From positions 17,447 through 81,446 of the IMG/VR virus record IMGVR_UViG_3300045146_000214: a stretch of 64,000 bases of DNA; one strand, written 5' to 3'. Shown here one piece after another: positions 51,207 to 60,260 of the stretch. The position numbers and the translations under genes are program-made. Numbering within the stretch: position 1 is the stretch's first letter; each line of letters opens with the position of its first letter. Source of the DNA: a virus. The notes beneath the pieces are model-generated. The model was not told the origin of the DNA and searched no databases. It saw nothing but the letters and a program-made list of their open reading frames with translations.

Positions 51207-53195
51207 ATGTATAGATTTATTTTACTATCAATTGTTGGTGTTGCTTTAGTTGTTGGTGATGAGTTTCCAGCACGACTACCAAATGTCCGACAAAACTATC
51301 GCAATAATGAAATAATCCAATATTCTGATGCTAACCACATGGGCAGAACTATTAATGCGCTATGTGAAAAAATTGGAATTAATAACACGCAACTTTATGG
51401 TAATCGTTATACCAATACCTTTGACTATAAAATCTATTTGTTGTTCTCAAATGCAATTGCCAACAATGCCAGTATTAATTACTTAATGGAGAACGGTTTA
51501 GGAGGTAGCTCTGCCAGTAACGTTGTTTCTGATGTTCTCTATATCACGAGAAGCCCAGAAAACAGTGACCGAACAGTTGGTTTACGATTATACTATGATA
51601 TGGACAGTTATACCAATAATGCTCAAATAGGTTATCAGTTCTATGTTTTTGAAGAAACAAACGCATATGTAGCAGGGCTTACCAATACAGTGTTGGTGTC
51701 AGAATTTGAGAACGAAATGAGATTTTATGGTTATCAAAAAGGCGGCGTAGAGACACCATCAAGAAACGCGCAAAATATGGTAATGAAACTGGTTGCGCCA
51801 ACATTGGAATATTCTGGATCAACCAACGCATACACTTCTGTCGGTGGCGGTGCATATTTTGGCCAAGGTCTTGTTGTTGATGATCGCAACTTTATCACTA
51901 ACAACAACAACTTTTATCGCATTGATGAGCGCGAAAAGTTTTACATGCCAGTCACGACCAGCAATAGCCAGTCTTTTGTGTCATATGTAAATCCTGGCGA
52001 AGTATCTAATTGGTATGGAAGTTTTCTGGTGTTTAAACCAAAACCACAAGGATTAAGTAGAAAAATACCTGTTGGCTATGAGTTTGTTGATGATGAAGAA
52101 TTTCCTGTGTTTACTATTCGTGGAAAATTAAATGCATCAGGATTTATCACCAATGTATATCAGTATTGGGTGGCAGATTTTCATTTCACTAAAGTAACAG
52201 GAGTGCCAGAGCCGGTTGATACAGAGATATATGATGCAGTTCCCATGGGTTTTCTTAACAAAGAGTTTGACCGAAAGATACGGCAATATCAACTAAACTT
52301 AATGGAGTTTAATCCTGAATCGGCAAAGACAATGGGACAATATCGTCAACTTTCAGACAGACATTATTACAATACATTATCGCACATCTTTGTTAATCCA
52401 GTTATTTCGACCAACCCGTTAGTGAGTGTTGGTGGAACGAATATGGTTATGCACACGATGTCAACGCAGAACGACAATGATGGCATCCTGTTGTCATATG
52501 ATGATGTAGCCACCAACTCCTATATTGGTGGTGTATCGTATCCAGCGCAGTTTACCTTTTCTGGCATTATTGTTGACCCATATAACGTTTTGCCAAATCT
52601 TTACGGCATTAAGGCAAGAACAGAATATACTGGTTTGGCAAGAATAGAGCCAAACGAAAACTCAACAATTGTTACGGTTAATCCCTTTGAGAACGAGTCT
52701 GGGCTGACTGCGTTTTCTACGGTGATTGGACCAAATACAGCAATATTGGCAACACCTTTTAAGGCACCCAGTTCATTGTATTGGTATTGGGTGGAGTATA
52801 TAACAACCAACCAATTTAGAATATGCTTGGACGCACCGCAAAGTCAAGCAGTGCCGTTTAAATGGATAATACCACATGTATTAACCGCAACATATAATTC
52901 TGTGGAGTATCCAAAAAATAGAGTGCTGTTGGGTGATTCTGTTATTATCTCCAACGGCCAAACGGAGTCATATCCGATAACGATTAACAATCTTCAATAC
53001 AAGATGAATAACTTTACCAATGAAGTTGCGCTGTTTACACCATTGGGTTATACTACGAATATTTTTGGTGGAACGAATTTGATAAGCTGGTATCAGGTAA
53101 GAGAGCTAACGTCAACAAGCTCTTTAGTGAAGGTAATTGTTGATGCACCAGTAACTCGACCAATAAGATTTAATTGGGCAATATTTAAAAAGTAA
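51207..53195 (+). CDS. Tail fibre-like protein with N-terminal signal peptide
   Basis: MYRFILLSIVGVALVVG leader; then FP..LP...IQYSDANHM..TINALCEKIG fibre-type motif; two C-terminal TP...W...F.I.(L/V)DAP...F.W.I beta domains. Confidence 0.6.
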   Translation: MYRFILLSIVGVALVVGDEFPARLPNVRQNYRNNEIIQYSDANHMGRTINALCEKIGINNTQLYGNRYTNTFDYKIYLLFSNAIANNASINYLMENGLGGSSASNVVSDVLYITRSPENSDRTVGLRLYYDMDSYTNNAQIGYQFYVFEETNAYVAGLTNTVLVSEFENEMRFYGYQKGGVETPSRNAQNMVMKLVAPTLEYSGSTNAYTSVGGGAYFGQGLVVDDRNFITNNNNFYRIDEREKFYMPVTTSNSQSFVSYVNPGEVSNWYGSFLVFKPKPQGLSRKIPVGYEFVDDEEFPVFTIRGKLNASGFITNVYQYWVADFHFTKVTGVPEPVDTEIYDAVPMGFLNKEFDRKIRQYQLNLMEFNPESAKTMGQYRQLSDRHYYNTLSHIFVNPVISTNPLVSVGGTNMVMHTMSTQNDNDGILLSYDDVATNSYIGGVSYPAQFTFSGIIVDPYNVLPNLYGIKARTEYTGLARIEPNENSTIVTVNPFENESGLTAFSTVIGPNTAILATPFKAPSSLYWYWVEYITTNQFRICLDAPQSQAVPFKWIIPHVLTATYNSVEYPKNRVLLGDSVIISNGQTESYPITINNLQYKMNNFTNEVALFTPLGYTTNIFGGTNLISWYQVRELTSTSSLVKVIVDAPVTRPIRFNWAIFKK

Positions 53196-53205
53196 GGAGA
53201 ATATA

Positions 53206-53949
53206 ATGAGAAAAATCGTTTTTATGGTCTTTATTGTTTCGGTTGCGCTATTTGCCGATCAACAAATTGCCAATGATCTTAATTTGCTGGGACATACACT
53301 TAAGGGAGTTAAGTCTTTCAGTAAGCCAGGTGGAACAACGTGGAACTTTATAGAGTCAAATCAAGTGGTTCAAATATGCACGAATTTTGATGGTAATATC
53401 AGCAATGCAGTTATTAATAGTGCTATTAGTAGAGATACTGCGGTTAGTAATGCTTTGAGTGCTGTTTTAACCAACACTATAGCGATACTGACAAATGCAG
53501 CATTACCAAGAGCGCAATGGGCAAATGTAGCAAGCGTGGCGAGTAACTTGATTAACAAAAATATTATTACATACGATATGGCGTGGTATGATAATTCAGT
53601 TGCCGTAGAAGTTCCTAATTACATCTCTATACAAGTTTATAACAATAATGTCGCTATAGACAGAATGGTTCTTTTAAGAGTTTGGTTATCTAATAGCTTA
53701 GACCCAAATGGAGAAATTCCAGAAGAACACCCAAACCCTGTTCCGCCTGTTTTTGAAATTAGTCATGGAAAAGGCGTAGTATTGAAAACTGTTACAACAG
53801 GTAAACAACTTGATGTTCTTACAGATAAAGATGGTTCTCTTGAATTAAAAGTTAAGTTTGACCATCCCGAACCAAATGTTTATTTAAATATTAAGTCATA
53901 TAACGGCGTTGTCACAAATAGTTCTAGTGTGTCTTGGGTAGAACCATAA
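53206..53949 (+). CDS. Exported fibre/decoration-like protein (paralogue family)
   Basis: MRKIVFMVFIVSVALFA|DQQIANDLNLLGHTLKGVKSFSKPGG. Confidence 0.6.
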   Translation: MRKIVFMVFIVSVALFADQQIANDLNLLGHTLKGVKSFSKPGGTTWNFIESNQVVQICTNFDGNISNAVINSAISRDTAVSNALSAVLTNTIAILTNAALPRAQWANVASVASNLINKNIITYDMAWYDNSVAVEVPNYISIQVYNNNVAIDRMVLLRVWLSNSLDPNGEIPEEHPNPVPPVFEISHGKGVVLKTVTTGKQLDVLTDKDGSLELKVKFDHPEPNVYLNIKSYNGVVTNSSSVSWVEP

Positions 53950-53968
53950 CAGCAAACACAATATATCT

Positions 53969-54664
53969 ATGAAATACATCTTTCTTATAATTTGTTGTAG
54001 TGTTAGCGTTGTTTTCTCAGCAGAACAATCAATCAACACGAATTTGGATGTACGCGGCAACTCCATAAAAGAAGTTGGCTCTTTTACTAAACCAAGTGGA
54101 GCATATTGGGTGTTCTTAGAGTCAAACGATGTTGTTAATATATATAGAGGTTATGATAATATTATCACTAATCTGTTGTCTCAAGATATCGTCAATAGAG
54201 ATATACTTGTTAGCAATGGATATTTAATTTCATTAACCAATGCAATAATGTTTACTAACTCTGTTGTGAGAGCAACAGAATATGCTGAGGTAGCCAACAA
54301 CACTAGTAATATATATGATAGCGGAGATGTTTTTACATTATATACAATTGTATATAGCAAAGCACGATTTGATATAATAGCGTCTTCTTCATTAAATATG
54401 AAAAAAGTATATGAAGTTTGGTTTTCTGATACGTTAAATCCAAACGGAGAATCTTCTTCATTTGACGAAACGCCGACATTTACTGATTGTCGTCTTATAA
54501 AAACTGTGACTTCTGGAAAACATTGGGTAGTGATGAGTAATTCAAGTGGGCAGATTAGATTATCATTTGACACAACTCCAGAGTTGAAAGATATTCAATG
54601 TTATTTTAATATTGTTGATAATTATGGTTGTGTTACAAATTGTCATTTAGATAATGATTTGTGA
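53969..54664 (+). CDS. Exported fibre/decoration-like protein (paralogue family)
   Basis: MKYIFLIICCSVSVVFSA|EQSINTNLDVRGNSIKEVGSFTKPSG; C-terminus shared with 53206 (VW.S..L.PNGE, KTVT.GK). Confidence 0.6.
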   Translation: MKYIFLIICCSVSVVFSAEQSINTNLDVRGNSIKEVGSFTKPSGAYWVFLESNDVVNIYRGYDNIITNLLSQDIVNRDILVSNGYLISLTNAIMFTNSVVRATEYAEVANNTSNIYDSGDVFTLYTIVYSKARFDIIASSSLNMKKVYEVWFSDTLNPNGESSSFDETPTFTDCRLIKTVTSGKHWVVMSNSSGQIRLSFDTTPELKDIQCYFNIVDNYGCVTNCHLDNDL

Positions 54665-54667
54665 TAA

Positions 54668-55876
54668 ATGCTCTACTCCCGTAAAATGGTACGCACATAT
54701 TTCTATACTACATTTTTTCTTTGTCTGCTATCTTATGGAGCAGAACAAATATTTACTAGTGATATAAATTTGCGCGGCAACTCATTAAGACAAGTAAATA
54801 AAGTCACAAAGCCAAATGGATTTCCGTATGAGTGGACTGAAATACAGTATGTGGATGGTGTTTCTAATGCTGTGGCAAGCGCAAGTGTAAGTAGAGACAA
54901 CATCTTAGGCAATTACTTATCTAACTATGTAGTGTTTGCCAGTAATGTTGTAGCAAGTGCAAGCGTAAGTAGAGACAACATCTTAGGCAATTACTTATCT
55001 AACTATGTAATGTTTGCCAGTAATGCTGTAGCAAGTGCAAGCGTAAGTAGAGACAACATCTTAGGCAATTATTTATCAAATTATGTGGATTCTGTTGAGT
55101 TAAGAAGTTATATTTCTCCAGGGTCTGATGGTAAAATAAAAACCAATGGTATTAGTTTGCTGGCATATGATGGAGCATCTGTTACTAATTTGATATATGC
55201 GTATGCCGAAGCTGATGATTCTATGGTAAAAAATGCTATTATAGAGTTAAAAGCCAGAACTTATGGTAGCATCGAAGGAACGCAAAGAACGGGTATCGTG
55301 TCAGTTGCAGGCTCTAAGATAATTAATGTGGATAGTCCAGTTTTAGACAATGATGCTGCAAATAAGATGTATACAGATATTACGAGCAACAACATCGTGC
55401 TCGCTGCAAAAAATTATGTAGATTTAAGAAAAACTATAGCATGGCCTAAAATGTGGAGCGACAGTACTGTGCTTTATCCATATAACACTCATATAGCTAC
55501 AATGCGTATGCGGCCTGCCAATTATGATTATTCGGGCGAGTTAAACTCCATAATTGTTCCAGCAAACAAGTTGCTTATTGTTAAATATAACATGATAAAT
55601 GATATATCTGCCACGAACATTGGCATTAGACATACATTATATTTTTATAATTTAACAAATCTATATTATTCTGAAGATTTTGGTATATACAGTTACACAG
55701 TTAACAATTATTTTGGTGATAGCTTTATAGGTTGTGGATTTTGCACATATTCTCTATGGGCATCAAATATAGTTGAGACACACGATAAAATAACATCTTT
55801 TCAAATGGGAAGAGTCGTTAATGACAACAATACTTCTACTAGTTATTTATATAATTTAGAATATTGGCTTGAGTAA
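54668..55876 (+). CDS. Exported fibre-like protein (paralogue family)
   Basis: ...FFLCLLSYGA|EQIFTSDINLRGNSLRQVNKVTKPNG; fibre neck motif KIINVDSPVLDNDAANKMYTD. Confidence 0.6.
   Translation: MLYSRKMVRTYFYTTFFLCLLSYGAEQIFTSDINLRGNSLRQVNKVTKPNGFPYEWTEIQYVDGVSNAVASASVSRDNILGNYLSNYVVFASNVVASASVSRDNILGNYLSNYVMFASNAVASASVSRDNILGNYLSNYVDSVELRSYISPGSDGKIKTNGISLLAYDGASVTNLIYAYAEADDSMVKNAIIELKARTYGSIEGTQRTGIVSVAGSKIINVDSPVLDNDAANKMYTDITSNNIVLAAKNYVDLRKTIAWPKMWSDSTVLYPYNTHIATMRMRPANYDYSGELNSIIVPANKLLIVKYNMINDISATNIGIRHTLYFYNLTNLYYSEDFGIYSYTVNNYFGDSFIGCGFCTYSLWASNIVETHDKITSFQMGRVVNDNNTSTSYLYNLEYWLE
54863..55087 (+). repeat. 78-bp tandem repeat, ~2.9 copies (ASASVSRDNILGNYLSNYV(V/M)FASN(A/V)V)
   Basis: gtagagacaacatcttaggcaatta recurs at 54891, 54969 and 55047. 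Confidence 0.92.
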
Positions 55877-55900
55877 TACATTAATTTAAGAGGAGAATTT

Positions 55901-56770
55901 ATGCGTTTAATTTATATAGGACACGGCATTAATCAATATCCGAATGTTGACAATGGCGGTAGTAATTTGTCAAAGTGTGTTGACGATGTTAAAAGAGTCT
56001 CATCAACATTAAAGAAATTTGGCTTTGAGCCATTTTCATACTTTGACTGGCAATGCACAAAAGCGGATGTTCTTAATCATTGGAAAACATCAGTGTCAAT
56101 GGTTAAGCCTGATGAAAAAGCATTAATTGTGTGGCATAACAGTTCTCATGGAACACAAGTGCCGACCAAAGATCCAAATGAGCCTGATGGTATGGATGAA
56201 GCCATTTGCTGCCATGATACAAAGTGGGGCAGAGACAGATTTGATGGTGTGATAATTGATGATGAGATTAAAGCGATACTCAATACTATTTCAGAAAACA
56301 TTACCATTGAGTTCATCTGTGACAGTTGCAATTCTGGTGATTTAACAAGAGGTTTTGTGCCACGACCGATTAAGAACAGAAAGTTCTTATATCCGCGCAA
56401 CTATAAAACCGGCAAGATTGTTCGTTCATTATCCGACGGTTTTCTTGAGCTTTCATCACGCCATATTTTATTGGCTGGTACTGCACCGAACAAATTCAGC
56501 TATGAAGATGCGTCAGGTGGCCTATTGTCAACCAATATATCAAAAGTCATTGAGTCCACATTACCATATTTGCCGACAAGAAGGGAAGCAATTGCGTATA
56601 TTATACGGGCGATTAAAGATAAAGGCTATGACCAACCAGCGCATTATGAAGCCAAACCGGAAGCTATGAGTTGGTGTGCATTTTCACTTGATAATAGCAA
56701 GGTTTCTCCAAGTAATCAAGGTAATTGGTTTACACGAATGATTAGAAAACTATGGATGATAATTTTTTAA
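55901..56770 (+). CDS. Metacaspase/caspase-like C14 peptidase
   Basis: GINQYP, CVDDV, HNSSHGTQV (His), EPDGMDEAIC, IIDDEI, ICDSCNSG (Cys). Confidence 0.9.
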   Translation: MRLIYIGHGINQYPNVDNGGSNLSKCVDDVKRVSSTLKKFGFEPFSYFDWQCTKADVLNHWKTSVSMVKPDEKALIVWHNSSHGTQVPTKDPNEPDGMDEAICCHDTKWGRDRFDGVIIDDEIKAILNTISENITIEFICDSCNSGDLTRGFVPRPIKNRKFLYPRNYKTGKIVRSLSDGFLELSSRHILLAGTAPNKFSYEDASGGLLSTNISKVIESTLPYLPTRREAIAYIIRAIKDKGYDQPAHYEAKPEAMSWCAFSLDNSKVSPSNQGNWFTRMIRKLWMIIF

Positions 56771-57144
56771 GTTTTAGACAATTATTAGACGAAAACGTTC
56801 TTTTTCATGGATCAAATAAGGCTTTCAAAACTTTTGACAATCCATCAAAAACAACGTTACGTGGCACCGGTGTATTCTTATCAAATTCTATTAAATACGC
56901 TCGCCAGTTTGGTCAATATGTTTACGTTGTTGAAATTGCCCTGAAGAATCCAAAGACATATGAAACCAGCGTGGATTTTGAAGTGGATGTTATGAAAAAC
57001 AACACTGCCAATGCTTTATTGCGTAATTTGATGAAGCAGGGTCATGATGGTGTTATTATTAATAAGTCAAAGGTGAATACGGGTGTGGTAAAAGAAGTAA
57101 TTTGTTTTGAGCCAACATCTGCTGTAATTAAAGGAACAATATGA
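56752..57144 (+). CDS. ADP-ribosyltransferase-like protein (ART-PolyVal/DarT-like fold)
   Basis: LFHGS..AFKTFD...GTGVFLSNS..YA..FG.YVY.V....KNP...GHDGVII...EVICFEP. Confidence 0.75.
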   Translation: MDDNFLSFRQLLDENVLFHGSNKAFKTFDNPSKTTLRGTGVFLSNSIKYARQFGQYVYVVEIALKNPKTYETSVDFEVDVMKNNTANALLRNLMKQGHDGVIINKSKVNTGVVKEVICFEPTSAVIKGTI

Positions 57145-57473
57145 AAGATATAGACGCATTAATAGAGAAGGCACTTAAACAGTTGGAAAATTTCAGCATT
57201 AATGATCGTCAACTGGCCGATGAAACATATGCCAAGTTTAATGATGTATTTGAAATGGCGCGATCAACCAATAACAAAATTCCTGATGGTATTATTGAGG
57301 GAATGAATAAAGCGTTATTATTGCGTATTGCTTCAACGGAACGATTAAGCAAAATAATCAATCAACTGTTACGGCTGCGTTCAAGTGTTGAAAAACCTTA
57401 TAATGAAGGTAATGCTGATGATCATAAAGAATTGTTGAACAAGTTAAACAAGTCACAAGGAGTTGCGGTATGA
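57141..57473 (+). CDS. Hypothetical helical protein (weak resemblance to terminase small subunits)
   Basis: 110-aa coiled-coil-like ORF; resemblance is only general. Confidence 0.5.
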   Translation: MKDIDALIEKALKQLENFSINDRQLADETYAKFNDVFEMARSTNNKIPDGIIEGMNKALLLRIASTERLSKIINQLLRLRSSVEKPYNEGNADDHKELLNKLNKSQGVAV

Positions 57474-58012
57474 ATGAAAAATACACCGTGTGGATACCAA
57501 TTGTAATCTCCATTGTCACCGCTCTTATTACCTACGGCTTTTTCAATTGGAAGGCTGTATTGTCGAAATTGAATGTCTGGATGCTTACGCTATTGGGTAA
57601 AACGCCAACAGTTCTTGATGAACAACTTTATACTATATTAGTGCAGCATGTCGCCGAATATATGAACTCTGATGACTTTAAGGGTCATTGGTTGCGCGTT
57701 AATGATATTGTTAAAGATGGGAAAATTACTGATGAGGAACTGGCAATATTGAAGAACGTTTTTATAAAGTCGTTGGCGCAAGATTTAATAAAAGTTGGCA
57801 TAAATGTGTATAGCAATGAAGGAAGAATTTTATTAGTGCAAGCAATTGATGAGTTTACTGCCTTTGTGATGAAGAATGCTACGGATATGAATTGGTTTAA
57901 GAGAGTAGGATTGGGATTGATTATGAGTTCGTTAAATCGTTGGATAAAAGAAAAGATAGAGGGATGGATATTGCAGAGTAAAGTCACAACAATAAAAATT
58001 TACATAAGGTAA
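57470..58012 (+). CDS. Membrane protein, possible holin
   Basis: N-terminal TM segment VWIPIVISIVTALITYGFF followed by a soluble helical domain. Confidence 0.5.
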   Translation: MNEKYTVWIPIVISIVTALITYGFFNWKAVLSKLNVWMLTLLGKTPTVLDEQLYTILVQHVAEYMNSDDFKGHWLRVNDIVKDGKITDEELAILKNVFIKSLAQDLIKVGINVYSNEGRILLVQAIDEFTAFVMKNATDMNWFKRVGLGLIMSSLNRWIKEKIEGWILQSKVTTIKIYIR

Positions 58013-58017
58013 CTATC

Positions 58018-60252
58018 ATGATAAAACGCATATTATTTTTGCTTTGTATTGTTGCACTTGTTGGTGCCGAAGAGAAGTTTACTACACCCATAAATATGAT
58101 GGGGAATACAATACAAAATCTTGGTCAATCTGCAACACCAAATCAAAATGAGGCAGTTACATATGGCTATGTTAAAGAATATGTTGAGAATATTGATGTA
58201 GGTATTGCCAGTATGAGCATGTTTATTTCCAATTATATAGACAGTGCAAATTTAGCATCAAAAGAATATGTTGGAATAACAGTGAACACTATTGTGACAA
58301 ACGAAATTACAATAGCGGGTTATGTAAATAAATCCGGCGATACGATGACGGGCCTGCTTACCACGCCCAGCAACGTCATCGTCGGCGGGCTGGCAATTGG
58401 CAATGTGCCTGTACCTGACATTGGAGAACACCCATCTGGCAAAGGCGCAATCAACATGGGCCACAACGAAGGCACGATGACCGCATACGCTCCCGGCACG
58501 CAAAACGCGGGATACAACTTAGGCACGATGACCGCATACGCTCCCGGCGCGCAAAACTCTGGCTATTGCAGCAACATAGGTACGATGACCTCATACGGGT
58601 ACGGCTCGCGAAACTCAGGCGAAAACTCCGGCACGATGAGCGCAAGCGGTCGTGGCGCGCAAAACGACGGTTACAACATTGGCACGATGACCGCAAGCGC
58701 GAGCGGCGCGCAAAACATTGGCTACAACTATCACACGATGACCGCAAGCGGGCAAGGCGCGCAAAACGCGGGATACAACTTAGGCACGATGATAGCAAGC
58801 GGAAAAGGTGCGCATAACGCGGGATACAACTTAGGCACGATGATGGCAAGTGGCGACGGCGTGCTAAATCGCGGCTATCTTAACAGCGGTCAATATTGCA
58901 CAAATTCCTGTAATGGCAGCGTTGCTCTGCTAGACGCCAGCGGCAATATGCTGGTTACCAACCACGCAGCGATTGTGCTTGGCAGCGGCTACAGCGCAGG
59001 TAACCGCACGCTTGTTGCTGACGCGGTTGTGATTCGCAGCATGGGCAGCCGCACGACTGACGCCGCCACCAAGGGCTACGTTGACGCCATTTCCAACGCC
59101 GCCCATGCCGCCTATGTGAATAAATCCGGCGATACAATGACAGGTATGCTCACCACGCCCAGCAACATAATCGTCGGCGGGCTGGCAATTGGCAATGTGT
59201 CTGTACCTACTGGCGAAGGCGCAATCAACGCGGGGCAAAACTATGGCACGATGGACGCAAGCGGGCGCGGCGCACAAAATTCCGGCGAAAACCATGGCAC
59301 GATGACCGCATACGCTCCCGGCGCGCAAAACTCTGGCTATAACATAGGTACGATGACCTCATACGGGTACGGCTCGCGAAACTCAGGCGAAAACTCCGGC
59401 ACGATGAGCGCAAGCGGTCGTGGCGCGCAAAACGACGGTTACAACATTGGCACGATGACCGCAAGCGCGAGCGGCGCGCAAAACATGGGCTACAACTATT
59501 ACATGATGACCGCAGGCGGGCAAGGCGCGCAAAACGCGGGATACAACCTAGGCACGATGATAGCAAGCGGGAGAGGCGCTCGCAATTTCGGGTATGTTAG
59601 TTCTGGCCAAACCTGCTCCAATTCGGGTAACGGGTCATTCGCGCTTCCAGACGGCAGCGGCAACCTGGTGCTGTCAAATGACGCTGCAATAGTGCTCGGT
59701 AGTGGCTACAGCGCAGGTGACCGCACTATCGTCGCTGACGCGATTGTAATTCGCAGCATGGGCAGCCGCACGACCGATGCCGCTACAAAAAGCTACGTTG
59801 ATAACTGTACTAATGCCATAAGATCAGCAAGCGCACTGGCCGTCATAGGTGGATTGTTCCAAAACCAGATGACGAACGGCGCGTATCAAGTGCGATATAT
59901 GGCGGGCGAAACGCTGGTGGCCGGAAATTTGGTTTCGGCGTCGGTTGATGTTGACTATCAGGTACGCAAACTTGTTGCTGCTGGGTATGACTGTATCGGT
60001 GTTGCTTCACACGCAGCAACATCTGGGCAGTATGTGTGGGTTACAGTGAGCGGCATGGAACAAGCATTGATCTATTCATGGCCGACTCGCGGGCACGTCG
60101 CGCTGGGCGGCCCGGTCGCCGGTGCTTGCACAAACATTGCTGTGCCATCATCGAGTCCGTCGAACGATGAGCACTGGCGCGAGATCGGACATTTCATGCA
60201 GACCGGCACAAACACAGCCGGTCGCGTGTGGGTAAACCTTCATTTTCAATAA
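58018..60252 (+). CDS. Adhesin/tail fibre-like protein with signal peptide, 17-aa beta-roll repeats and a DUF2190-like C-terminal domain
   Basis: MIKRILFLLCIVALVGA|EEKFTTPINMMGNTIQNL; YVNKSGDTMTG x2; GTM(T/S)ASGxGAQNxGYNx repeats; TDAATK.YVD x2; C-terminal AGETLVAGNLV...IGVA.HAATSGQYVWV. Confidence 0.75.
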   Translation: MIKRILFLLCIVALVGAEEKFTTPINMMGNTIQNLGQSATPNQNEAVTYGYVKEYVENIDVGIASMSMFISNYIDSANLASKEYVGITVNTIVTNEITIAGYVNKSGDTMTGLLTTPSNVIVGGLAIGNVPVPDIGEHPSGKGAINMGHNEGTMTAYAPGTQNAGYNLGTMTAYAPGAQNSGYCSNIGTMTSYGYGSRNSGENSGTMSASGRGAQNDGYNIGTMTASASGAQNIGYNYHTMTASGQGAQNAGYNLGTMIASGKGAHNAGYNLGTMMASGDGVLNRGYLNSGQYCTNSCNGSVALLDASGNMLVTNHAAIVLGSGYSAGNRTLVADAVVIRSMGSRTTDAATKGYVDAISNAAHAAYVNKSGDTMTGMLTTPSNIIVGGLAIGNVSVPTGEGAINAGQNYGTMDASGRGAQNSGENHGTMTAYAPGAQNSGYNIGTMTSYGYGSRNSGENSGTMSASGRGAQNDGYNIGTMTASASGAQNMGYNYYMMTAGGQGAQNAGYNLGTMIASGRGARNFGYVSSGQTCSNSGNGSFALPDGSGNLVLSNDAAIVLGSGYSAGDRTIVADAIVIRSMGSRTTDAATKSYVDNCTNAIRSASALAVIGGLFQNQMTNGAYQVRYMAGETLVAGNLVSASVDVDYQVRKLVAAGYDCIGVASHAATSGQYVWVTVSGMEQALIYSWPTRGHVALGGPVAGACTNIAVPSSSPSNDEHWREIGHFMQTGTNTAGRVWVNLHFQ
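58321..59802 (+). repeat. Internal ~790-bp duplication containing nested 51-bp repeats
   Basis: Blocks start at 58321 and 59113 (tatgt(a/g)aataaatccggcgatac); ~280 bp nearly identical (58522-58802 vs 59296-59570). Confidence 0.9.
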
Positions 60253-60260
60253 GGGATAAT

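Noticed and set aside
57141-57473. Firm call as terminase small subunit
   Set aside because: Only size and helical character fit; no large terminase adjacent and no diagnostic motif
58321-59802. Diversity-generating retroelement TR/VR pair
   Set aside because: Both copies lie in frame in one gene, differences are not adenine-specific, and no reverse transcriptase is in the window
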